Assembly (NCBI GenBank): GCA_002245135.1
Contig: NGBS01000895.1
Span: forward strand, 1-64,000
Length of the DNA: 64,000 nt
Direction: 5' to 3'
Origin: Proteromonas lacertae
Taxonomy: Eukaryota
Below are positions 46,512 through 57,073 of the stretch, one piece after another. The notes under the pieces are model-generated. The model was given only the letters and a program-made list of their open reading frames with translations, ran no database searches and had not been told where the DNA came from. Both the position numbers and the translations under genes were made by a program. The first letter of the stretch is position 1. Each line of letters begins with the position of its first letter.

Positions 46512-47465
46512 TCAATGTTTAGAATGTAAAAAATATATTTCATGAGGTTTTAATCTATGAATCATAAAGATGTTATCAACAAAACCAATCACAATGCTAC
46601 CTTCTCCAATTATCTTATTATATTTTCTAACATCACACATACTCACGTTTGATTTTTTTGATAATCTTCCTATAAATACATCTTCAGTACTACCATAACA
46701 ATTACTATTTACTTCAGAATGACTTGCCTTTAACATACTATTTATTGCTTTATATGGTATTACATACCCCATTCCACTTGGAAAATAACCTATAATATAT
46801 CCCCATATTTCATTTTCTGCGCTATATGGTGATTGTGAATGTAATTCTCTTAGCACATTAATGTTTAAGAAAGTATCTGTATCATGTTTAATTAACCATT
46901 TGAAGTGAGTGTGAAGTTTTGAACTCCATAGTAAGATATTATATGTTTGCAATATTAAAGCATAATAGGAGGATGAGAATTGAAACTGAAGAACATCACT
47001 ATGTAATTGAATTTCTTCATTAATTTTGTTGTTAATGTTTAAATACTTACTCTTACCTAAGATAAAAACATATGATAAGAAATTGTATCCTTTATATATT
47101 TTTCTAAATACTTCTCTTTCATAAAACATATCTGGTTCTGAAATTATTGTAATAAGATATTCACAGTCTTTTATTGTAGGATAATCTAGGTTATTATGGC
47201 TATATTCATTTAATAATAACACATATGGATTTGACTTTCTGTTTTTTATATATAATTTGTCAGAATTTCTACTGCAAGTTACTTTTTTTGTCCTATTAAA
47301 ACATTGTTCAATTTTTTCAATATCTTTAGATAAAATATTATCAAAATTTGCAATACTTGAATTGCATGTAAGAATGAGTGTAATTATAATAATACCGCCA
47401 AAAGCTATAATAAGCTTTGAATAAAATATTATTAGTCTTATAAATTTTGATATAATATAATACAT
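46512..47465 (-). CDS. GT31-family glycosyltransferase, second paralogue
   Basis: TM; REVFRKIY, EE...H.DVLQF.F..SY, IKHDTDTFLN, FPSGMGYV, EDVFIG. Confidence 0.85.
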   Translation of the reverse strand: MYYIISKFIRLIIFYSKLIIAFGGIIIITLILTCNSSIANFDNILSKDIEKIEQCFNRTKKVTCSRNSDKLYIKNRKSNPYVLLLNEYSHNNLDYPTIKDCEYLITIISEPDMFYEREVFRKIYKGYNFLSYVFILGKSKYLNINNKINEEIQLHSDVLQFQFSSSYYALILQTYNILLWSSKLHTHFKWLIKHDTDTFLNINVLRELHSQSPYSAENEIWGYIIGYFPSGMGYVIPYKAINSMLKASHSEVNSNCYGSTEDVFIGRLSKKSNVSMCDVRKYNKIIGEGSIVIGFVDNIFMIHRLKPHEIYFLHSKH

Positions 47466-47676
47466 AAATAAATCATTTTTTAATCACAACATTTTATAAA
47501 TATCCTTTAAATATTCTGTATTTGGCTATTCTTTCTATAATTCTATATGATTTTAATGTTAAATTATTTCAAGGAGGTTATTTAGGAGTAGATAACCTAA
47601 ATAATATTAAAAAAGAAATATGCTTTAAGCCATTGTAATGAATATTTTTTACTTCTATAACAAAGTGAAAGAGATG

Positions 47677-48467
47677 TTATTTTGAAAAATATAATACATT
47701 ATCCCTCAACCAATCTATTTTTGTTGTATTTTTTATCATGTAAGTAGTTTCATTTATATATCTCAATCCTTTACTCTCAAATAATCTATTACATCATTTC
47801 TATCTTTATTATTTACATGAAAATGTCCTCCTTGACCAATTCTACTCCATGTTATTAGTATTCCTTCTCTACTACACTTTAAAAGATTATTCACATATAC
47901 TTTTTCATATGTTTGTGGTATATGTTCAGCTACTTCAAGTGACATTACTATATCATATTTACAATCAAACTCTATTGGCTGAGCTAAATTTAAATATTTA
48001 ACTCTACCATTAGTAGCTTCTTCTATATTAACTGATCCATCATATTGATCGCAGACTTTGGATTTTTTAGATATAATTGGGCAATACCATCCTAAACCAG
48101 ATCCCAAATCAACAACAGTTTTGTTTTGAAATATCTCTGCTAAGATATTTGCTAAACTAACATCATGCTCATGATTACCTCCCACATATATTCTATCTTT
48201 ATTTAAACAAAATCCACCCCAATATCCAATTCCTTTACACTTACAAGACAAATTATTCATAAATTTCACATAATCTCCTTGGCTATATATTTCACTTTCA
48301 TTTTTATTTTGTGTATTACAACTTGATAATAGTGATGATATTTCTTTCTTCATCTCTTTATTTACGACAAATTTCTTAAAATTGATATTATTTTTGTTAC
48401 TATATTGCAATAAAATAATAAGAAAAATAGAAAGGCATATAATCAGTAGTATAAATAAATACATCAT
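47677..48467 (-). CDS. Class I SAM-dependent methyltransferase, type II membrane; the C-terminus continues after a -1 frameshift at ~47775
   Basis: TM; VVDLGSGLG, YDGS, SLEVAEHIP, GQGGHFHVN. The shifted frame reads SKGLRY...WLRDNVLYFSK* ending at 47677. Confidence 0.8.
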
Positions 48468-48674
48468 TTACACATAAATAATATATATTCTAGAGAGAAT
48501 GTTGTCAGAATATCTAATTTATGTTATATTTTTGATATTAATTTAGTAATTAAATTATATCCAATCATTCGTGAACTGATAGAAAATAACGACTACTTTT
48601 CATTTGGAAGAAAACAATTATCAACCATTATCAGTCCTTTCTTCCAAATTATTTACTAAATTTGAATCAGATTT

Positions 48675-49484
48675 TTAATATAAAGATACACTACATATTG
48701 CAGATTTCGATGTACGAAAACCTATATGATCCATCACATGCTGAATATGAATATCATCTTTACTTCCATTTCTTCCTTTATATGTAAAACCTAATTTATA
48801 TCCTTTGCTTAAAAATATTTTAGATACATACGCTTCTCCTGGGTAATACGCTATTTCTTTTAATATTATTGATTTGTATATTGTAGCACCATTTGTATAT
48901 CCCCATCCCAATTTCAATAATCCAATATACAAAGTATGTTTCCCCATTTTAGTTGTTACATTTATTGTTTCATGTATTTGAAAATGATCAGTTTCTCTTA
49001 CTACAACTCCATATACTTTATTAGTTTTATTAAGTATAAGTATTGATTCAAGAATAAAGGATGGATAAAATATTTCCTTCTCAACATTTTCATCAACAAC
49101 CCAATCTTCTTCTAGCAGAAATACATACTCTGTATATAAATATGAAAATAGAATATCAAAACTCAATTCCATACCACTTGGATTAAATAGAAATGAGTTT
49201 TTAATATTGTATTTTTTAATTACTTCTTCTCTTTCAACAGTTCCTTGATCAAAATACAATGTGTTGTAGTTTATTTCTTTTTCATAATTATATAAATGAC
49301 TATAAAAAGCATTTAATGTTTGATTTAGATAATTATATCTATTGCAAGCAAATATTGATATTAATATTATCGGATATCTATCTACTCCATTATAAAATAT
49401 TCGTTTATTTTTCTTAATATATATAAAATAAATAGTAATTATAGATATTATTGTTAAAACTACAATAAAAACATATATAAACAT
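48675..49484 (-). CDS. GT2-like glycosyltransferase, type II membrane
   Basis: TM; ISIFACNRYNYLNQTL, YFDQGT, TEYVFLLEEDW, HIG. Confidence 0.75.
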   Translation of the reverse strand: MFIYVFIVVLTIISIITIYFIYIKKNKRIFYNGVDRYPIILISIFACNRYNYLNQTLNAFYSHLYNYEKEINYNTLYFDQGTVEREEVIKKYNIKNSFLFNPSGMELSFDILFSYLYTEYVFLLEEDWVVDENVEKEIFYPSFILESILILNKTNKVYGVVVRETDHFQIHETINVTTKMGKHTLYIGLLKLGWGYTNGATIYKSIILKEIAYYPGEAYVSKIFLSKGYKLGFTYKGRNGSKDDIHIQHVMDHIGFRTSKSAICSVSLY

Positions 49485-50178
49485 ATTAAATCTCTATCTT
49501 CATATAATATCCATGAAAAATAATAACATAACAATATACAAACATGATAACTTCATATTTTTACATAATAACAATACACTAAAGAACTATCACACGCAAT
49601 TGATGATATTTCACAATATATGTTTGATGGATACAACTAAAACATTCCTGTTTGATATTCAAATAATACTACTCAAAAGATCATCATCATCAATATCACT
49701 AATATTTGAGTTCAGTGTATTTTCTTATTCTCTATTTTCTATACATTTTTGTAAGATTCCACATATTTCAAATTCATCATTATATTAATGATAAATTTGA
49801 TATTTCAGTTTGTTTATTTCTATTAGATTCTATTAAATCAAATGTCATCACATGCTTTCTCAAACTCTTATATTTTCTATATGTGTTTATATCTCTTATT
49901 ATAAAAGTATTTTTATATAAAAAAGATATATAAGTTCAACAACAACAATGACAAGAAGATATACACCTGGTATGAATCGTTATTGGGACTTTAGAAGATA
50001 TTTTTTCAATAGAAGAAATTTTCTTGTTATTGATTTGATTCTGTGGTAATGTAATATCCCCGAAGTAGTAATTCTAATATAATAACCGCAAAATTGATTA
50101 TGACATTTGAAATGTAAATTACATTGATTTGACTAGTATCAAGCTTTTACATATTTTATCAATTTTAAGACTATAGAA

Positions 50179-52300
50179 ATGATCATCAAGTCAAATTTAC
50201 ATATAAATGAAGGGTATAACAATCCATCGGCTCAATTATGCTATAATATATCTACATAGTTTGATTCGAAAAATGATAAAGTGTGGTTATGGTGATTTGA
50301 GAGTATTGGTTGAAGATGAAGAAATGAAAACATTGAAATCATTGTTCTGTTGTTGTAATGATACATTTCGACAGATTTTAGAAGATAAAGAGTTTAAAGA
50401 ACCATTAGAGTTATATGAAGGATGTAATAAAGATGTATTTCTGATGTTAGAAAGATATTATGAAGGAAATGATATAAATGTTGAAGATAATAACTGTGTT
50501 AAACTGTTATTGATTTGTGTTTGTTATAATGAGAATAGATTGTTGAAAATACTGAAAGAATATATACTGAAAAGAATGAATGAAAATGATAAAATGATTG
50601 TTGAATTGTTGAATGAGAAATACATACTTGAGAATAAGAATCTATTAGAAATGAAGATAGAAATGAATAAATACTTAAGTATGAAGAATTATCGATTATT
50701 GAATGATACAATGATGAATGAAATGAATGTGTATAGTATAAAAGAAATCTTTGGTTATGAAATAAAATATAATGGAAATAGAAGTGAATTAAAAGAATTA
50801 TTGAATGGTTATATGTTAATGAATGATAAATATTTGAATGAAGAAGAAAATAATATAATGAAAGAGATAATGAATAGAATAAATGAAGATGAAACAAATC
50901 AGTTAATAAGATATATCTCAGTTCCAAAAATCAAGAATGCAAATATTATATGAATATTTGATAGACAATTATCCAAAAGAAAATGAAGAAATGGAAATAA
51001 AAAGTATAATACTATTTTATTTTTAAATCAATAGAAGACTTAGCAATTGGAAACACTAAAGTATTAGATATTTTATTAGTAGAAGGAAATATGATTATTA
51101 AAATGATGGCAATGTTAATAATATATGAAAATAATTTATGTTTAAATTATACAGAATATAAGCAATCATGTAATGAATTATTAAATGAATATAAAATGAA
51201 TAAATGGAATGATTATATGAAAAGAAAGAAAAGAGGTGATAATATATTAAAATGTGTATGTGTGTTTATGAATGAAAGATATGATAATACAATAATATTA
51301 GATGAAATGGTAAGAGTATGTGGAATGGAAATAATATATGATTTTATTGAAAATGATAGAATTTTATTAAAGCATGGTGATAATATAAATAATTTATATT
51401 ATTATATTCATAATAGAAGAATTGAAGATAGAGATAATGAAATAATAATTGAGATTATCAAAGATGAAAGAAAAAGAAAAAGAATAAAATGTATATAGAA
51501 TATTTAATTAAATTAATAGATAGAAGAATAAAAGAAGTAAAATATGAAGGAGACATTTATTTAAATATAAAAGGATGTTTAAAGCCAATAGTTGATGGAG
51601 ATGTAGAAGAATATTTTCTAAAATCAAGTATAAATGATATTTAAATGAATAGAATTACCAAATGGTTTATCATTTAATAAAGAGACAGGTGAAATTAGTG
51701 GATTAGTAAGTGAACCATATGAAGGTGATTTAAGAATAGTTGCTAAAAATATATGGAATGAAAAAGAATATAAAAAGAGATTAGAGGTTTATGATAGTAT
51801 AAAAAATGAAATTATATTCTATATTAGAAATTCATTTTACTAATCAATTAAATTATGAAGTTAGCGAAGACAAAAAAACAGTTTACTCTAATGGTTATGG
51901 TAATATAGCAAGATGTATGTTTAATATAAAAATGGAAAATGCAATATATCATTACTATTTCTCATGTTCATCTCTTGATTTCAAAGTAGGTGCTGCTGTT
52001 GAATCATTTGGAATGGATCGAGATAATGATGGGAAGTATTGTGAAATTATAATAGATTCTAAAAGTTTATATGGAAATATTGGTAAAAATAAAAAAATAA
52101 AAAAACTAGATTTGTATAATAATTATTGTGAAGTAATATTTGATATGAAGAAAAGGACATTCTCAATTGTTGACAGATATGGAAATAATAATGTATTATT
52201 TACAGATCTTCCAGAAGATTTATATCCTTACGTATTTATGAGTAGTTATAAAGGGTATAATGCAACGGTAACTCTCTCTAAGTTTTTAATTGAAGAATAG
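50179..52300 (+). CDS. BTB/POZ - Ig-like (He_PIG) - SPRY-like protein, diverged third paralogue, multi-exon
   Basis: MIIKSNLHINEG|LIRKMIKCGYGD has the same first-intron position as copies 1 and 2; ELPNGLSFNKETGEISG; IKMENAIYHY, EVIFDMKKRTFSI, DLPEDLYPYV. Confidence 0.75.
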
Positions 52301-53139
52301 AGTTAAATAAATTGATTATACATTATATATATTTTTTTCATGATTATTTTTTATAAATCATATATATATATATTACATTATACAACCTATAACATCTGAT
52401 GGAGTATAAAATTTTTGAAATTAGCTTAACATACTTTTGTATACACTCATCATGTAATACTCCATCAGATATTAGAGTCAAAAATACATCATATATTTCT
52501 ATTTCAAATGTTTTATAATATTTTTCACAATATTCTTCATCTTCACTTTCACTTATGTTTGTTTCATTCAACAATAATGCTATTTTAATTCTTTTACCTC
52601 AGAAGGTAATTTACAAATTGAACTTGAGTTACAAAGGATTCTAACATATTACTAACACTATTCACTTGTTCTATGTATAATAAATATGATATAATATTCA
52701 TATCCTTCATGAATATTATTAATGATGTATCTGAATATGCTGTATATTATATCTGCTTATAGGTAAGGCATAACATGTACAGTATGTAGTATTTTTGAAG
52801 TTTGTTATTTCTACCTTCCTTTATTCTTACAAAATCATTAGGTTTAAAATGATTATTATCACTTCAAGTCTTTTTAAGTTTCTAGCATGAGAATCTTTAT
52901 AGAATTCATTACATACTTCAAGTTTTTAAGTTAATGAGTGCAGAATGTGGTTTTGCATTCAATATAGTTTTTATACATCATTTATTTCTATCATTTTATG
53001 TCTAATTAGTGACTATATAATCAAGAATGTAAATTATACTGAAAATCATTTATTTGCAATCATAAAATGTATAGTTATAATTCAAGGTTTAAGGGGAAAA
53101 CAAAAATAGAAAAGAATATCTAAAAACAAAAATCGTTAG

Positions 53140-54320
53140 TTACTTATATTTATTGTATGCAATTAAAGCTTCACTTCTTGTATCAGCATTATTATCATGA
53201 GTTAAAACTTCAAAAAAATCTAATACATTATGTTTGTGTATTATTTGTTTTATTTCTTCAGAATGAATACCATCCAAAGCTAGATGAATTAATATCCAAA
53301 CACAACTATCCTGTATCTCTACATCTTTTACTTTTATACAAAGAGTAATATATTCGAGTGAATTTACATCAATCTGACTACCATTCTCTTTACATCGATA
53401 AGTTAAATTTTGAATTGCTGAAAATACTACAGCTTGTATTTTATCATTATTAGTCTTCATTAAACTCAGTAAAGCTGAAATCATTCCATTTGAACCTAAT
53501 TTCACTAATTCTTCATGATTCATAACTATTAGTATATATATAATATAATAGTAAATACACTGTGCTAACACGCCTAGGAGGGTAATTCCTATAAATTTAA
53601 TATTTTCGTCTGAATTGTGAATTAATGGAATAAATTGATTATAAATACCACTATTCGATATATTAATTGCATCTTCTTCGTTATCTATTTAATAATAAGT
53701 CAATTCATAGATTTATACCGCATCCATTTGCTAATATAGCTAATAAACTGAATTTAACTTCAGCATTATTTGTATTTGGGATTATAGAAATTATTTGATC
53801 AAGACCAACCTCTTTAATTTTCCCAAACACTCTTCTATCAATTATCACTAATTCAAACAGTAATTTAGAAGCATCAACTTTAACTTGTTCGGATGTTCCA
53901 TGAAGAATTGCTATTAATTTTTCTATACCTCCACATCGGAATATATCTTTCTGTGCTTGATCATTGTCTATAGGATGTTAAATTCTCAATTTATACATAC
54001 TTTCAAGTAACGATATCATTAAGTCAATTGATGCTAACTGTATATCATCATTATCAATATTCAAGTAGGATACACATTTGTCTACCACATCGTGACTGAT
54101 TTGTTCCATTTTGCAAGTTGGTTGATCTAAATATACAAAAATCATTTAGTGCATACTTTCTGCATACACAAGCAATGCTGTAAGTACTGCCAATATCATT
54201 TCTGGATCAGTATCATCTAAATGAGGATATATTTCATCAAGTGGTAGGTCCTTCAGCTCTTCAGGATTAAAAGGTTCTAAAATATAGTATAATAACTATA
54301 CCATTATCCTCTACTTCCAT
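53140..54320 (-). CDS. Armadillo/HEAT-repeat protein, multi-exon
   Basis: Repeated helical units (DIFRCGGIEKLIAIL, GMISALLSLM..AIQNL, CVWILIHLA) joined by short GT-AG introns; ATG 54320. Confidence 0.7.
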
Positions 54321-54405
54321 TTCAATGAGGTAATTGAAAATAGGTTGAGCTTGTTGGTTTGTCCAAAATTTAAAGGAATATTCATATTTTTAAGAATTTG
54401 TCAAA

Positions 54406-54908
54406 ATGCAACGTTCTCTTGTAGAAGCGAATGATATATTTGATCTGTCAAAGGCAGCTGATAAATGTCCAAACTGGTATGGTATTTTTGATACAAAAGA
54501 AACTGATGGTTCATTTCTCATCAATCATTTTATATACAACTCGCTTATTAATAGTATATATAATTAGTTGTAATGAAGATAAAGATCGATGCACATTTTT
54601 GATCCACGCTAAGAAAGATATAACTTGGTATTCGAATTGTTGTCGTAAATTGGGATGTAATGTTGATAATGAAAAATATAATCATTTATTTTCAAGTGCT
54701 GATTTCTTTTCTCGACCACAATACTCATTCTTAGATAAATCAGAGGAAGAAATCAATAATTTGCTGAATCATATAATAGAAAGAGCAGAAGTTATGTCAA
54801 TGCCTAAAACAATACTTGTTGATGATTTATTCATCTTATTTTCTTATTTGAAATACTCCATTCAATCTTTATTGAAGTTTTTATCAAGATTGAAAAGTGT
54901 TTTAAACC

Positions 54909-54939
<31 letters not shown>

Positions 54940-55234
54940 ATGTATTTATGATGAGTAGGGTGATGTGTTGGTTGTTCTATATCATTCTGATACAAGTGGT
55001 GAATATGAAGAGGATATTGTTTCTCAATTAAGGAATTATTCAACTAATATTATTAATATATCTCCATTATCTAGTGGATATAGTGAAGATATCAATGGTT
55101 GTGTATAAATATTAATATTTATACAATTATTGTAAAAATAGATTGAAATTGTGGATATAAATGTTCCAGAAACTTCAACCAATCTATTTCATTATCGCTA
55201 TAAAGTATTAGATAATAAAATACTAATTGTGTGA
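54406..55234 (+). CDS. ELP6: Elongator complex subunit 6 (RecA-like fold), multi-exon
   Basis: DTKETDGSFLINHFI, WYSNCCRKLGCN, ILVDDL, PLSSGYSEDING, YKVLDNKI: ELP6 signature order. Confidence 0.8.
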
Positions 55235-55448
55235 TTTATTTATACAAATTATTAAATTTACATTGTTCATTATTTAAATAAAACCACAAAACAACACATA
55301 ATATCATTGAAAAATTAATTCTTAAATATATCCTGTAGATATGTTACACGAGGCATGTATATATATTAGATTGAGAGGAAGAGGTTTAAAAATATATAAA
55401 CTTACAAATAAATAAAAAAAGTCACCTCATTTGTTGTTTATATATATA

Positions 55449-56535
55449 TTACATAAAATATTGCTCAATTTCATCTCCAAACACTGTCATTCTTGGATAT
55501 TTAGAAAATCCATTATTATATTCTTCCAAATAACTGGGTAATGGGTAATCTTCATTGTTAGTATGACTATTCCAAGAGTTTAATGAAAAGTCTTCAATAA
55601 TTGCAATTGGTTCTGGATAATAATAACCAAATTCATTCATTTCTAATGGTTGTTGGTATGTTTGTTGAGTTGGTTGTGGTGGTGGTGGAGGTTGTTGATA
55701 GAGTGATGTATTATTAGGATAAGGTTGAAATTGACATTGTTGATATGATAATGCTGATTGTTGTTGTTGTTGTTGTTGTTGACGACGATGATGATTAGCT
55801 TGTCCGAAGTGTTGATATGATTGTTGTTGTGGTATTTGTTGTTGTTGTTGCTGTAAAATACTCATAGCTGTTGCTGGTTCTTGAAGATAAGGGAATGGAG
55901 GTGGTTCTTGTAATATACTACATACTGAGACTGGTGATTTTTCTTGTTCTTTTCTTGAAATTGCTTGGCGTTTATTTGGTTTATTTTGTATGTTTATATG
56001 ATATGGGGATTGTTGGTTTGATTGTTGACTTTGAGATTGACTTGTCATATTCTGTTGAACTGATTGCTGGGAAGAGAATTCAACTTTTGAGGATGATGAG
56101 GATGATTCACCTTTGATTGAACCGTCATAATTTCTTTTTACACCTTGTTTCTGTGTAACTTCTTTAGTTGTGGTTGTACCAAGCTTTGATAATCGTTGGA
56201 AGTACTTTTGGGCATGAGTACGAACTTGAACTACTGTTCTTGTAGAAATCAAACTTGCTATTTTCTTCCATTCTTTACCATATCTGCTTATTCCTTCTAA
56301 AAATAAATCATGTTCCTCTTTAGTCCATCGACCTAGATAATAAAAGTTGATAAAAATACCAACATTGTCAGTCCCCTTCTTAGCTTTCTCGTCATAATAG
56401 GCTCCCTCGTTGGACATGTCTTGCATCTCCAAATTCTATGAAAAATAAGGTGTTTTAAAATCTAAATATTTATACTGGTATATATTGATTGTTATTTTCA
56501 CTTGAAGTTGTACTAGGTAGAACTTGAATTGACAT
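55449..56535 (-). CDS. SHAQKYF-class (CCA1/LHY/RVE-like) single-repeat MYB transcription factor with a Q-rich region
   Basis: GRWTKEEHDLFLEGISRYGKEWKKIASLISTRTVVQVRTHAQKYF; spliced 5' exon from ATG 56535. Confidence 0.9.
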
Positions 56536-56763
56536 TGTTACAGAATTAGAGCAATATTATAATGCTTCTATAGCAAAAGAAGCAGAGTATCTTTTGACCA
56601 ATTAAAACTTCTTGTTTATTGGGCGAATCAAATATCTTCATTTTCAAGCTAATAGACGAGCTAACCAATCACTGCATCTTTGATTTGATTGGCTATTCTT
56701 TAATTGAGTTTTTTTTATTTTTTTTATTGAGAACATGGTACACACTATAGTGATAAGTGAAAA

Positions 56764-57045
56764 TCATTGTATGTCTGCGAGGACCTGTTGGATCAGAATG
56801 ATAAACTCGAGAAAGTCGATTGTATTAAGCTGATCTAAATGTGCTCCCTCTAATATCTGTATAGTATTATTCTTCTCTTGATTGGTTTTATATTTCCAGT
56901 GATTTATTTGAATTAATAAGCATTTAAATAGTGTTGTTTTACAATACAACCCATTCTATAACCAAATATAGATGCTTCATATTTTATTTTCAAATAATGA
57001 GTAAATAACTCCAATCCCTATACAAAACTTTAAAGTATAGATAGT
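56764..57045 (-). CDS. Possible small EF-hand-like protein; 5' exons uncertain
   Basis: The last exon reads LDQLNTIDFLEFIILIQQVLADIQ* after a TATAG acceptor (~56956); an intron-like 30-mer gtactat...gtatag lies upstream. Confidence 0.3.
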
Positions 57046-57073
57046 ACATATATATTTTAAGTAATATGCTTAT

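Noticed and set aside
52320..53100. ORF 52344-52574 and adjacent coding-like sequence
   Set aside because: Non-ATG start, multiple stops and no recognisable domain; possibly a relic but not supportable.
56750..56835. Possible C/D-box snoRNA on the plus strand (ATGATAA...CTGA)
   Set aside because: The boxes are imperfect, I could not identify an rRNA-complementary guide, and the higher GC is better explained by a minus-strand coding exon.
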